Positions 1-17,902 of a stretch of 64,000 nucleotides of DNA are shown piece by piece. Every line of letters starts with the position of its first letter. Positions within the stretch are counted from its first letter, which is position 1. The notes below the pieces were generated by a model that saw nothing but the letters and a program-made list of their open reading frames with translations, had not been told where the DNA came from and ran no database searches. The stretch is from NCBI RefSeq assembly GCF_009914755.1, contig NC_060935.1; one strand, 5' to 3'. Position numbers and translations under genes: made by a program. This DNA is from the human T2T-CHM13v2.0 reference genome, Homo sapiens.

Positions 1-340
<340 letters not shown>

Positions 341-399
341 TCATTTTCAAGTTAGGTTGTCTTTTTGAAAAAATACTGATTTGTAGGGTTTTTTCTTTT

Positions 400-559
400 T
401 TAAAGAGATGGGGTCTTGATAAGTTGTCTAGGCTGGAGTTCAGTGGCTATTGATAGGCGCAATTATAGTGTACTGCAGCCTAACTCCTGGGCTCATGTGA
501 TTCTCCTATCTCAGCTACCTGAGTAGCTGGGACTATAGATGCACACCACCATGCCTGGC
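400..559 (-). mobile_element. Alu monomer (FRAM/AluJ right arm)
   Basis: Single diverged Alu arm with T-tail. Confidence 0.8.
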
Positions 560-1033
560 TTATAGTTCTTGTAATCGGAGCATTAACCTCTCTCTCTGAG
601 GTTTATGTTTTCCCTCTCTCTATGGTATCTTTTAATGAACAGAAGTTCTTAATTTTAATGTAGTCAAATTTATCAATCTTTTCTTTTAACATTGGCACTA
701 GTTGTGACTAGTTTAACAAATCTTTCCCTACCCCAAATTCATATGGATATTTCCTGTATTATGTTTGAAAACTTTTAAGCTTTATAGATTAGCTTTTTTT
801 GGCTCTTCATATTTAAGTCTTTAATACATGTGGAAATGATTCTTGTGTGTGGTGGGAGGTATCTATGCATTTTTTGTATCAATGGTATGTTATGTGTACA
901 TGTCCCAGCACTATTAATTGAACTGCTCATCTTTTCACTGCTGGTGCCAATTTTGCCATAAATCGTGTTTCCATATATGTGTGCATTTGTTTCTGGGCTT
1001 TCTATTTTATTCTGTTGGTCAATTTGTTTATAA

Positions 1034-1363
<330 letters not shown>

Positions 1364-2357
1364 AAATAATATAATCTTAAACTAAATTTTTGATACCTGA
1401 CAAGGTAAATTGCTGTGCTTTGTTGTTTTTCTTTAGGAGTATATTGGTAATTTTAAGGCTTTTATTCTTCTGTTTAAGGTTCTGATAGGAATTGCATTGT
1501 CTCTGTAGATTGTTTTGGGGAGAATTGATATCTTTAACATATTGAGTCTTCCATTCCATACAAATGATACATTTTCTCATTTATTTAGGCCTTGTTTCTT
1601 TCATAAATTTGATTAATTATATCCTATAATTCTTGCTTTCCAATGTACCAATATTTAACATGCATTTATTTACTTTGTCTGGAGTCCCACGGATGATCTT
1701 TGAAGTCTTAATATTTAATTACATTTCCACCTTGTGCAAAATGTTTGAGAAAGGAACTTTACATTACCTCTCAACAGAATGCCAATGTCATAGACTCTCT
1801 AACAAGGGAGGCAGGATGAGGAAACAAGATTATTAGCTTCTCCTAAATTGTCCTCACTGTTTTGTGGGAAGTTTGTTTCTGAAAGATCATACACACATTT
1901 TGAAGCCAAGTGGAAATTTTGTTGTTGTGCTTTACAAACACAAAGTACTTAAATACTTAATTAAGTAATTCATTTATCATTTGGATTATCCACCATTCAT
2001 TGTCCTCTGCTTGGACAACTGAAAACTGACTGAAAAGGGCTGATGTGACTATAGACATTAAGTAATATATAACTGAATGCTTTAAAGATGACTTTTCATT
2101 TTCAAAGAACTTGCTTATATTACAGAACTAGTAAAATAATCTAGCATTTTCAAAGAGAAAACAAAGAAAGAACAAAAACTCTTAATATTTATGCCAAGTA
2201 ATAAAAAAGTATTTGACAGAAATGATAGAGATACTGACGCTTCATCCTATTAGCTGTGGTAGGCTCAAGAACTGATATATTGGTAATTACAAAATATTCT
2301 GGAAAAATGAAAAGTATTCTCAAATAAGAGGAATAATCTGAAAGAACTACAAATTAC

Positions 2358-2507
2358 CTGTAGAGTACAATTCATCATCCTTATTATGTAGTCAAACTGT
2401 TGATGGTCTAATATTGCCCGGTTTTGCTGGACATGCAAACCCAATTCATCAGTGAGACACTGTCTTGCTGCCTTTCCTTTAAGGGCTCTGAGTGCAGCAG
2501 GAAGGGT
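2358..2507 (-). CDS. SBF2: SBF2 exon 16 (150 nt): [50 protein letters not shown]
   Basis: Acceptor gtcctcag|ACC, donor CAG|gtaatt; phase 0-0. Confidence 0.96.
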
Positions 2508-3564
2508 CTGAGGACAAGAGAGGTACAAATGACCAAATGGTACCACTGGGGGAAACAACAACTTTCAAACAATCATCCTGAAAATTCAAACGCATCCTAT
2601 AATTTATTTAACATAGTTATTAGTAAAATTAAACTCCTAGGGAATAGGTGATTTATTATTAAGACAATTATAAAATAGATTTGTGGTTATTTTTATATGT
2701 AAACCAGCAAGAAATATAAGATAATTATGTGATAAATTGAAAAACATTTAATTTCACTATTTTTCTTCAAGTTAACAAAACTTTGGTTACCAAATTGACT
2801 GTTGCTTCAGATCATGAGTCAAAGCCATAGATACGTAAGACACCTTTCTATAACTAGTAAATTTTCCATGGCAAGAACAGAAAGAAAAATTAAAACAATA
2901 AGAAATACAAGTGATTTCATACTTTTAAACTGGTTGGCTGCTTAATCACTATTCAGCTTTAAATTATGACTGAAAAGTTCTACAATCTCTTCTCATTTAA
3001 ATATCATAAAAAAGGAAAGAAAAAGGACTCGGAGTTGCAAAAACAGATATCTCTAGGTGTATGCATTAAAACTCTTTTCGCTTTACAACAGGCACATCCA
3101 TAAAGATGCCTCCTTCAGTTCACCATGTAGGACTTAGTTAATTTACTTCACATATAATAATAATAAGCTTATTTAGCTAAAAAATCAGAACAAAGGAGAA
3201 AACAAGAAGTAGGAGGGCATGATATCACTAAAGGTGGGTATAAGAAATAGGATGTGAAAGTTGAAAGCAAAAGAAGTGAAAGACTTCAACTCTAAGAAAA
3301 CATAGAAACCAAAAAGCACAAAATGTAAAGAGCACTGGGTCAGTCAGTGTAAAGGTAAACATTTCTACATGCTTTAACCAACCCCTGAAAATAGATATTC
3401 AGAACTATGACAATGAGTCAGTAAGAAAGGGTTACATTATGTTCAGCATGTTTCATTGAAGAAGGCAAGAAAACATGCTCTAAGGAGGCACATTTAAGTT
3501 CAATACTACAGTTCCTATAATTCATTACATATTCTAACTAGATTCTTTGCAATACATAAAATTA

Positions 3565-3939
<375 letters not shown>

Positions 3940-4173
3940 TTAAAAGTTTGACAGAAAAAATTACTATGAATATATTTCTGGTGGTCATATAATTAAGCTT
4001 GGCCCAACAGCTTTAAATCTTAGACACTATTCATTTAAAATGATCCAAACAATGAGAGGATACTTTATTAGGAAAAGGGATAGAATTAAAGAAGAGAGAA
4101 GCTGGTAACCTCAGCACGTAAATCTGAAAGGGAAATGATAAATGCTTACTTGGGAAAGATCACATTTTATTAC

Positions 4174-4283
4174 CTTTTCAGTTTCCAAAATTTTATTTTC
4201 AAATATGAATGAGATACAGTTTCTGACAACTTCTAGTCTTTGTGCACTGTTGAAAACTGTCGTCACCTTGTCCATTATCGAAA
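4174..4283 (-). CDS. SBF2: SBF2 exon 15 (110 nt): (V)[36 protein letters not shown]
   Basis: Acceptor ttactag|TT, donor AAG|gtaata; phase 1-0 fits exon 14. Confidence 0.96.
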
Positions 4284-4368
4284 CTAGTAAAAGAATATAA
4301 AGAAAGCACAAATAAATTAAACTTCTTTGGTAATTACAAAAGCAAAGAGACTACTACTTTAAGACTGT

Positions 4369-4669
4369 AGGTTGGGCGTGGAGGCTCACACCCGTAATCC
4401 CAGCAATTTGGGAGGCTGAGGTGGGATGATCCCTTGAGCCCAGAGGTTTGAGACAAGCCTGGGCAACATAGCAAGACCCTTGTCTACAAAAAATACAAAA
4501 ATTAGCCGGGCATGGTGTCTTGCACTGTAATCCCAGTGACTCGGGAGGCTGAGGTCGGAGGATCACTTGAGCCCAGGAGTCCAAGTCTGCGGTGAGCTAG
4601 GACAGCACTACTGAACTGCAGCTGGGTGACAGAGTGAGACCACATCTCTTATTAGAAAACAAACAAAAA
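4369..4669 (+). mobile_element. AluJ, about 85 nt upstream of the exon 15 acceptor
   Basis: Dimer with AluJ diagnostics (ttgagcccag). Confidence 0.9.
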
Positions 4670-5274
4670 CTGTTGATATGACCTACACCTTATTTTTTCC
4701 CTTATTACAGAGCATTGAAAGTATTCCATATCATTATTTTGATTACATGTTCCAGTGTTGAAGTATCAGGCTAGCTGATTAATAATTTCACAGGGTAGAT
4801 TCTAATGAGACACTTAACTTTTATGCAAACTAATTCACATTGCAAAGTAAAATTATATTAAACAAAGGCAAACATCTATTTTAAACTTTGTTTACAACTA
4901 GTAATATTGTTAATATTTCTAAGATATTACCAAAGAAAAACTACATTCCACAAAATATTAGATATTACACATTTGAGTAGAGGGGACTTGAAAGAAAGTA
5001 GTGCAAACAAAGAGAAACGATCATGATCAATGAACTGTTACACTGGCTTAGGAAAGTCACTTTTTAGTCATGCAAACCTAGCACCTTTCACCTTTTACCA
5101 TAGGGTTAGAAAATTCTAGTGTATTACCTAGGCTACTAAGCTAGTTACCTAAATAAATTTAACTTATTAAAATAATATTAGAAGGATATAAATGAAAGTA
5201 GTATTTATATAAAATTTATACTTTCACAAAGAACTATACTATGCCATTTGTTTAAATGAGGTAGTATCAATAGT

Positions 5275-5516
5275 TTTTTTTTGCATAAATTTAAGGGGTA
5301 CAAGTGCAGCCTTGTCACATGGACATACTGCATAGTGGTGAAGTCTGGGCTTTTAGTGTATCCATCAACCAAAATGATGTATATTGTAGCCATTAAGTAA
5401 TTTCTCATCCCTCACTCCCTTCCCACCCTCCCAGCCTTCTGAGTCACCAGCGTCTTATTATTCCACACTTGATGTCCATGTGTACACATTATTTAGCTCC
5501 CATTTATAAGTGAGAA
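5275..5516 (-). mobile_element. L1MA-type 3' end
   Basis: T-tail followed by aaatttaaggggtacaagtgcag...; flanked by the near-duplicate TAGTATCAATRGTT. Confidence 0.75.
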
Positions 5517-5698
5517 TAGTATCAATGGTTCTCAAGCCAAAAAGACTACTTATATTTTATGGCTACTCTTTGGATTCTAAAGGCACAATCCCTTCACCTT
5601 CTCCCATACCTAAGAAGAAAGACTATCATATTTTACTCATTAGCATTCCTTTCATCTCATCAATACAAAACCTATATTCGTCAAATAATGTTTTAAAC

Positions 5699-5988
5699 TT
5701 TTTTTTTTTTTTTTTTTTTGAGACAGAGTTTCACTCTTATTGCCCAGGCTGGAGTGCAATGGCACGATCTCGGCTGCCTCCCAGGTTCAAGTGATTCTCC
5801 TGCCTCAGCCTCCCAAGTAGCTGGGATTACAGGCATGCGCCACCACACCCGGCTAATTTCGTATTTTTAGTAGAGACAGCGGTTCTCTATGTTGCTCAGG
5901 CTAGTCTTGAACTCCCGACCTCAGGTGATACGCCGACCTCGGCCTCCCAAAGTGCTGGGATTACAGGTATGAGCCACCGCGCCCAGCC
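5699..5988 (-). mobile_element. AluSp/Sq-like with a small deletion
   Basis: Dimer; TSD-like TTAAACTTTTT. Confidence 0.9.
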
Positions 5989-6451
5989 TTAAACTTTTTA
6001 ATAAAACTAATTATATGCTCACAATAAGCTGCAAATGTAATACAAAGAAGATCTTTGTACTCATCACCCAGCTTCCCCCTATGGTGACATCTTTCATAAT
6101 TATGCTTTATTAGGATCAGGAAAACAACTGGCATAATACAATGAATGAGACTATAGACCTTACTTGAATTTTACCAGTTTTCTTCAAATCATTTTTAATC
6201 ATGTAACATTAATTTCCTGGTTAAACTGATTATTTCACGTGACTTTTCTCTCTGAAATGCTCATTCATAATTGTGGGCTCTGGTGCTTCCCACACACATA
6301 GGTTGGTGGCATTAACTGAAAATCTATCTATATTAGAATAGAAAACTTACAATCTCCAATTAATAACACACTTTATTGAGAGAGCAATGTGTTTATGTTT
6401 ATAAACTTTTAAATCTAAAATATCTTTAGCAGTATTTTAAATTTTCTTTAG

Positions 6452-6932
<481 letters not shown>

Positions 6933-7490
6933 TAGGGAATTCTGCTATTATAATGGGAGACTTTAATATTTCTTCCTCAATAGCTGAAAAAAAGACAAAA
7001 GTTAGTAAAGGAAGACAACTCACAGAATGGGGAAAAATTAGCAAATAATATATCTGGTAGGGGACTTATATATAGAATATATAGAGTATGCTTACAACTC
7101 AATAATAAAAAGGCAAATAGCCCAATTTCAAAATGGGCAAAGAGACAGTGAAATGACCAATAGCACATGAAAAAATGTTCAGTATCAGTGGCTGAAATTA
7201 GAACGAAAGAAATCTAAAATGGCACGACCGCTTTGGAAAATGGTTTGGCAGCTCCTCAAAACATTAAACATAGAATTACCATATGACCCAGCAATTCCAA
7301 TCCTAAGTATACATCCAAGAGAACTGAAAACATATCTACACAAAATCTTGCACATAAATGTTCACAGCAGCATTATTCATAATAGCCAAAATGTAGAACC
7401 AACTCAAATATCCATCAATTGATGGATAAATAACCAATGTGATATATATCCAAACAACGGAGTATTATTCAGACATTTAAAAATAAATGA

Positions 7491-7918
<428 letters not shown>

Positions 7919-8035
7919 CTATGAAGACAGAAAGTAGATTACTGTATAAGGCTGGGGAGAAGGTGGTTTGGGGAGGAAATGGGGAGTGACTGCTAATAGG
8001 TGTGAGGTTTCTATTTAGGTTATAAAAACATTCTT

Positions 8036-8312
8036 GCCGGGTGCAGTGGCTCACGCCTGTAATCCCAACACTTTGGGAGGCCAAGGTGGGCGGATCACCT
8101 GAGGTCGGGAGTTCGAGACCAGCCTGACTAACATGGAGAAACTCTGTCTCTACTAAAAATACAAAATTAGCTGGGCGAGGTGGCACATGCCTGTAATCCC
8201 AGCTACTCAGGAGGTTGAGGCAAGAGAATTGCTTGAACCCAGGAGGCAGAAGTTACGGTGAGCCGAGATCACACCATTGTACTCCAGCCTGGGCAACAAG
8301 GGTGAAACTCAA
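8036..8312 (+). mobile_element. AluSp-like
   Basis: gaggtcgggagttcgag and catggagaaa diagnostics; tail replaced by a microsatellite. Confidence 0.9.
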
Positions 8313-8388
<76 letters not shown>

Positions 8389-8401
8389 AAATATATATAT
8401 A
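8313..8401. repeat. Compound microsatellite (TCTG)n(TC)n(TA)n
   Basis: Directly visible. Confidence 0.95.
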
Positions 8402-8690
8402 TTCTCAAATTAAATAGTAATAATGGTTGAATGAGTCTGTAAATATACTAAAAATCATGGGATCGCACATTTTACATTGGTGAATTTACAGTATGTAACA
8501 TATCTCAATAAAGCTGTTATTAAAAAAAGAAAAGATTCTATAGTGGCAGTGGTTGGGTTATGATTACCCTTTTTGGGAGGCAGTGAATGAAACAGTTTCT
8601 GAGTATTGATAATGCTCTGATTCTAGCTACAGGAGTTTGTTCACTTTGTGAAAATTCATCAAATTGCACACTTTTCCTTTTTGGGTCTTA

Positions 8691-8966
<276 letters not shown>

Positions 8967-9094
8967 TTACTCCAAGTTAAAATAACAATGGCAGATCACC
9001 AGGAAGGGAGTGGGAGCTTACAGGGACACGAGCTGGGTAGTTATACATACATTCATATATACGCCATAAAACATGAAGTACCAAAATCTTACTT

Positions 9095-10275
9095 CTTCTT
9101 ACATGCTCTATCAGCAGCATCTGATACAGCTTGGCATCTGTCTTCCTCTTCCATGAACACTTTCTTTACTTGGTTTCTAGGTCTTCTTGCTACATCTTTG
9201 TCTATTTCTCATCTCCCTAATCCCTTAACAATGTGAATATCTCAGGGCTCAGTCCTTGGGTCTTTTTTCTATTAACATTCATTCCTTGGTGATCACTTCC
9301 AGTCTCCTATCTTTAAACCATAAAAATACCAACAATTCACAAGTTTTTTTCTTTAAACAAGTTTTCTCCTAAACCCCATACCCACATGTTTAACTCTCTA
9401 TACAATATTTTCACTTGGATTTTTTAAAAAATTCTAAACCTATGTCCAGAATGCAGCTCTTAATCTTCACCCACCTCTATCCCTGCTTTCTTCAGTCTTC
9501 CTCACATCAGTAAATGGCACATTTATTTTTTCCAATCATTTAGACAAAAAGCTTAGAGTTATCTTTAATGCCATTCTCTAACACCCAACTATCCATTCCT
9601 CTGCAGATCTTGTGGACTTGACCTTTAAAATGTTTACAACTTGGCCAGTTTCACAACACTTTGGTTCAAGTCAACACCTCACGTTACAGCAATACAACAG
9701 TCTCCTAGTCTCCCTGCTTCCACCTGTACTCCTTCATTCAACACTGCAGACTATGTGATCTAGTTAAGAGTATGTCAGTTCATCACATAACCGTTCTGTT
9801 CATTCCAATGGCTTGTCATCTCACTCACAATAAAACCCAAAGTTCTTAAAACAACTTACAACACCCTACAAGATCTGGCCTTTCTATATGATGTGTCCTG
9901 CCATGATTTCTTTCATTTTTTTCTGCTCTAGACACACAGAACTTCTTGTTCCTGACTCAAAGCCTTTGCACTTAACTGTTCTCTCTGCCTGGAATGCCTG
10001 TGCCCCATGAATCTGTACAGCATCCTCCTTCCTTTCTTGCATTTCTTAGCTCAAAAGCCACCTTTCCCAATCACCTTATCTTAAATTATACTCTCTTCCC
10101 CAACACACTCCCTATCCCTGTTATATTTTTCTCTATATCACTTATCACTCTCTCACATACTTTACATTTTATTTAACTTGTTTATTGTCTATCCTTCTCT
10201 CCATAAAATAAAGCTCCATGAGAGTAGACGTATACCTACTGCATCTAGAAACTGCCTGGCACACAGCAGGCACTC
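9095..10275. mobile_element. L2 LINE relic
   Basis: ctcagggctcagtccttgg; gcctttgcactt...tctgcctggaatgc; aagctccatgag...tgcctggcacacagcaggcactc. Confidence 0.75.
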
Positions 10276-10577
10276 TAAAGCTCTTCCCACTGCATCTTAA
10301 TGAGGGGGACACAATGCTGAACACACATAAGGATTGCAAGAATTGAATTAAATGTGTCAGCTAATATTTTTGTAGACTCTTTGGGTTGGCATGAACTTTT
10401 TAGTCATCTAGTTAAGCAGGATTAGATCTCAAACACTCCAGGTAGAATGGAATCCATTCTTTCATAAAGTTCTCTAGGGAAGGCTGCTTTACAACTATTC
10501 TTGACCAATTCTAACACTTATTCTTTGCGACCAGAAAATTCCTTATTCCCACTGAACTTATGTTATTCATGCTGTAG

Positions 10578-10860
<283 letters not shown>

Positions 10861-11791
10861 CATACATCCTCTTGACACTTAAAATGGCCAACTGCCATCA
10901 CTTCTTAGGGCTGCTCCCCACAATTCTTTTTGGTTATATGGCCCAGACCTAGATAAAGAAAATGTTGGGCTAAGGCAGATGATATAGCTAGTATGCCTCA
11001 GCAATATAATAGAAACACACTGCTTCCTCCCACTGCCGTAAGTGTCAAAACACATGGGTTCCAGTTCTTGCTCTAGTCCTTATTATGTGATGCAGGGAAA
11101 ACAACTTTGCCTAAGTTATATAATTAAGCTTATCTTATATAAGGCTCCTCAGAAGGTGAAATCAGATTTAAAATCTGTTCTTGCCAAAGCAGCTCTCATA
11201 CATGCTCTGTATTTCCCCCCATATCTAGCAAAGACAGGGAAAAATAAGTAAGTAAATCCTTAGTCCAACTCTTAGTAATCACTCTTTCTAAACCAAATGT
11301 TGAAAAAGTGTTTTACAATTCTGTCTGGACTTAACACCAATGTCACTGGCCTGTAGTGTCTAAAACTGCCCTTTTCAAAAAGTAGTGTTTTTGTTCTTCT
11401 CTGTTCTTTAGGCATGACTCTTACTCATATACTGTCTTCCCAAAAATAATAAATATCAATTCTCTAAAACATATTGGGTAGGTATCTTTTTTTTCAGGCT
11501 GGCCAGGTAATTCATATGGATCTTGAGGTCTGAATTATTTAAAGTATATTCATTACTTTGGTTTCTATCTATATTTTCTTTATAATAAAAATTAAAACTC
11601 TAAATATATTTCCCATGAAGTAAATATTTATAATAAAATTTAAAACTTGGAAAAATAAAAGTAGAAATAATCTTAGTAACACCAGTATTTTTTCTAGTTA
11701 TATATATATATTTTTCTCTATTGTTATATTATCTGTCTTCTGTCTTTTTCCAAAAATGACTTGGGGTGGTTTAGAAAAAGCAGGATGCATT

Positions 11792-12101
11792 GGCCAGGCA
11801 CAGTGTCTTATGCTTATGTAATCTCAGCACTTTGGGAGTTCGGAGTGGGCAGATCACTTTAGTCCAGGAGTTCAAGACCAGTCTGGGCAACATAGTGAGA
11901 CCCCATTTCTACAAAAAAATAAAAAATTAGCCAGGCATGGTGGTGCCTGCCCATGGTCCCAGCTACTCAGGGGACTGAGGGAGGAGGATAGTTTAAGCCT
12001 GGGAGATGGAGGCTGTGGTGAGCTGTGATTGCACCACCACACTCCAGCCTGGGTGACAGAGTGAGACCTTGTCTCAAGAAAGGAAAAAGAAAAAGAAAAA
12101 G
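11792..12101 (+). mobile_element. AluJ
   Basis: Dimer; TSD-like AGGATGCA. Confidence 0.9.
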
Positions 12102-12459
12102 AAGGATGCACATATCACTTCTAGTCAAAATCTCTAAAGAGTTGGTCCTATAATTTGGTAAGTTCATCCTAAACTTCATAGGGACATACAAAGACCAAAA
12201 ATAGTCAAGGAAATTCTGAAGAAGAGTTAAGTGGGAGAGTTAAGATTTCCAGATATCAAAACTTACATAAACCTTTAATAATTAATACAGTACAACAACT
12301 GTTATTAGTGAAGGGTTAAAAGGATGAATGGAATAGAATAGAGAGCCCCAAAACAGGACTATGTGAGAAAATATGATAGAGATAGGTGGCATGACAATTC
12401 AGGGGGAAAGGTTAGACAATTCAATGAGAGGTAGTATAACAAAGTATTTTTAGTTCATG

Positions 12460-12652
12460 ATCTCTGATTTCAGAACGCCTCGTTTCAAACTCTAGCTTGG
12501 CCACTTACTAGTAGTGTGACCTGGTGCAGTGTCAATTCACTTACCCCATGTGTTGTAGTTTTCACATCTGTAAGGAAGATAATAATATAGTACCTACTTC
12601 ATAAGGTTCTTATGAGTATTGAACGAGCTGTTACAGTAAAGCTGTTAGAACA
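12460..12652 (+). mobile_element. MIR
   Basis: ttcaaactctagcttggccacttactag...gttttcacatctgtaa...tagtacctacttcataagg core. Confidence 0.75.
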
Positions 12653-12860
12653 CACAAACACACACACACACACCACCCCAGAATGAATCTAAAGGCTGTT
12701 TTCCAAAAATTTTGGCTACATTCATTTAAAAAATATGTATTCTCTTATTCTCTGCATATTCTATGGCATGGTACCATGCTTCTATAACTAAAGCCATCTC
12801 TTTCTCCCAAGATTTCCAACACATTACCAACTACTTACATTTTAGTAATTATAGTAGTAG

Positions 12861-13177
<317 letters not shown>

Positions 13178-13465
13178 CTCCAATAAGTTTTAAATAGAGT
13201 CTTCCCAGAAGCAATTAGAAATATTGTAAACCAAATCCATACACAATTTAGAATTACAAGCATTAATTTACAAGCTTGTAAAAAAGATCATGTTAAAACA
13301 AAGTTCAAAGTTGAATATCTGTAGTTATATAGATATTCTACACCAAAATGCAGATTAGGGATTTTGTTAAATTATGATATATTTAGCTGTGTTTAGAAGA
13401 TTCGAAAAAGACTTATGCCCCAGAATACAGTAATATTTGGTTTTCTGGCTCCTGAGTCTGTATAC

Positions 13466-13487
13466 TGCTGCCCTCTAACGGGCAGCA
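13466..13487 (-). promoter_or_regulatory. Candidate CTCF site within a short palindrome
   Basis: Minus strand CCCGTTAGAGGGCAGCA resembles the CTCF core CCASYAGRKGGCRS; motif only, no binding data. Confidence 0.4.
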
Positions 13488-14640
13488 TGATAAATGTAAA
13501 GGACCACATTTGCTACCTTGAACCTAACTTGGTCGCGAAATGACTTTTGAGAAGACAATAGCAATGAGAGGAAGTTTAGGGTAGGGCTCACTGTATTCTG
13601 CATATACTTAAAAACATCTGCTTTTACTTGTAACACAAGATGTGTTTGGACTGGTCCCTTGAACGTCACCAAGCTCATTAAAAGCTACAGCCAAATTTTG
13701 TGTTGAATCTCCTTGTTGAAATAAGGAAATCCGTTATTTTCCGACAGTACAAAGCAGCAGCCAAATTTTCATCTTTGATTCCAGAGAAATGCAAATATAA
13801 AGTAATAAACAAGGGCTAGACAACTAAACACTTACAGTGAACCTGGCAACATTTTTTTCCAAAGTAACCAAAATAAACTACTGAAAAGAGTTTGGCAGAA
13901 TGCACTGTCTTTTACATTTTGAATTTGGATAATGATTTTCAAGGAATGGTCTCTATAATCCTGCTTTAAGAGTATACTTTAGTAATTCGAGGTAGAATGA
14001 TTTTTCTCAGACATGAAAAAGTGACATATACACACATCATCTGGTCTGCAGCACCCCTCCCCCCTGCAGCACGCCCAGCTACCCCCAGCTTTGGTAGGCT
14101 AAGTGAGAATATGCCTAGGGGTTACAGAATACAAGGCTTGAAACTAATTTCAAATAAAAGCAAAGCAAGGCACAACAAAAGCCCCAAACCCCAATGGAAA
14201 TTCAAAGTAGGCAACAGCCACCTTGGGAAAAAGAAAATTTTTCCTATGTATTGGTCTCAGCACTGAAAGACAAATCAATATGATATTGTTAGAGCTTATC
14301 AAGTTTCCCAGATTAATTCAAGTATTTGAAATTATTTAACGTGCACAAATTATACTTAGAGCTATGTGGGATAGCAAGTGACACAAATTTTTTTTCTAAT
14401 ACAGTTGATGGCAATACTGTCACTGGAGTAAATTGTTAAACATTGTCAAAACGTAACTGGACTCTTTAGAGTTGCCTGGTAGTGTACATGACATTGATGG
14501 AATGACTCATCCTCAATTTTCCAACTTCATAGGACTTTCAAGGATCACATCCTTGTGAGATGACTGAGACATTCAACTGAATGTCTTATCCTTAATACAA
14601 GTAGATGACTTTAATATTTGATATGCTGGTTGCCCTAATT

Positions 14641-14857
14641 CAGGGTTTCTCAACCTATGCACTAATTGACATTTGGGCTTGATAATTATTTGCGATAAAG
14701 AGTAGGTGTCTTGTGTATTGTAAGATGTTTAGAAGTATCTTTGGCCTTTATCCACTAGATGACAGTAGCACAGTCCCTCCAACTGTGACCACCAAAAATG
14801 TCTCCAGACCAATTTCATGAAGTAGGGTGGGAGGGTTGCTCCTGTTGAGAACCACTG
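14641..14857. mobile_element. MER20 (hAT) DNA transposon
   Basis: Terminal inverted repeats CAGGGTTTCTCAAC...GTTGAGAACCACTG; 8-bp TSD CCCTAATT/CTCTAATT. Confidence 0.85.
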
Positions 14858-14964
14858 CTCTAATTCATGACTCCAGATAGAGATTTCCTATTCTAAGACA
14901 AGTACTCTTGTCACAAGTACGAAGGCAACATACAGTGACCAGCTAACAGTCCTATACTCTCACT

Positions 14965-16055
<1,091 letters not shown>

Positions 16056-16351
16056 GTGAACAAAGAAATCAGATAGGACGGGAGGGGGGTTCAATTTGAA
16101 GCCTATGCTTTGCGGGCAGGGCTTCATTTCATCATCATTATCTATATAAGTCGTTTATGTCTATGTCTTGACTCTCTAAAGGTAATCACAATATTTTACT
16201 TCCTTCCTATAATTAAAAAATTCCTTTATTCACAGTTGGCAAACAGTATAAATATCATCAGTGTAGATGACATGTAGTGAAATTAACCTGGTAGTGAAAT
16301 TAACATTTTGCGGAAATGTAAAGGGCGTAGATTTTATTTGATTTGGACTAG

Positions 16352-16768
<417 letters not shown>

Positions 16769-16846
16769 CAGATATCTGATATTATTTTACACAGAATTTT
16801 AAGTTCTTTAATATTTCCTTTAACTTTTTCTAAAACTGTCAGACAA

Positions 16847-17032
16847 AGCCAGGTATGGTGGTAAGTGTCTGTAGTCCCAGCTACTTGGGAGCGTGAGGTG
16901 GGAGGATCGCTTGAGCCCAGAAGTTTGAGGCTGTAGTGCATTATGTTTATGCCCGTGAATAGCCACTGTACTTCAGCCTGGGCAACAAAGCGAGACACCA
17001 CCTCCAAAATAAAAAGCAAAAAACAATAAAAC
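16847..17032 (+). mobile_element. Alu monomer (FRAM-like)
   Basis: Single arm; TSD-like AAAAYTGTCA. Confidence 0.85.
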
Positions 17033-17139
17033 AAAAATTGTCAAATTACATATCTAGCAAATATTTTTATACTATTGCAGATGCAAAACAAATTACAAAA
17101 ACTGTACTATGTAAAACAATAAAACACATGTCCAACTGA

Positions 17140-17453
<314 letters not shown>

Positions 17454-17598
17454 CCAACTGATTTCTTAATGCCCTGAAGTAGAAGTTTTATGAAGTTCTT
17501 GTCTTGGCCTATCTTTTTGTCTTGGCCTATCTTAATGTTCTCACTTTGTGAAAACATTTATTAGTGGTCCTTTATATGTGCATATCAAGAATCATAGA

Positions 17599-17902
17599 GG
17601 CCAGGGGCATTGGCTTACCCCTGTAATCCCAACATTTTAGGAGGCTGAGGTAGGAGGACTGCTTGAGGCTAGGAGTTCAAGACCATCCTGGGCAACATAG
17701 TGAGACCCTATCTCTACAAAAAAATTACAAAAAATTAGCTAGGCATGGTGATGTGTGCCTGTAGTCCCAGCTACTAGGAAGGCTGAAGCAGGAGGATTGC
17801 TTGAACCTAGGAGGTCAAGGTTGCAATGAGCTATGATCAAGCCACTGCACTCCTTTCTGGGTGACAGGGCATGACCCTGTCTCTTTAAGAAAAAAAAAAA
17901 AA
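17599..17902 (+). mobile_element. AluJ
   Basis: TSD AAGAATCATAG. Confidence 0.9.

Noticed and set aside
13475-13678. 67-aa minus-strand ORF as an extra SBF2 exon
   Set aside because: No convincing acceptor/donor pair and no similarity to SBF1/SBF2 that I recognise.
17499-17533. 18-bp tandem duplication (and a similar 17-bp one near 16275-16304)
   Set aside because: Ordinary replication-slippage duplications.
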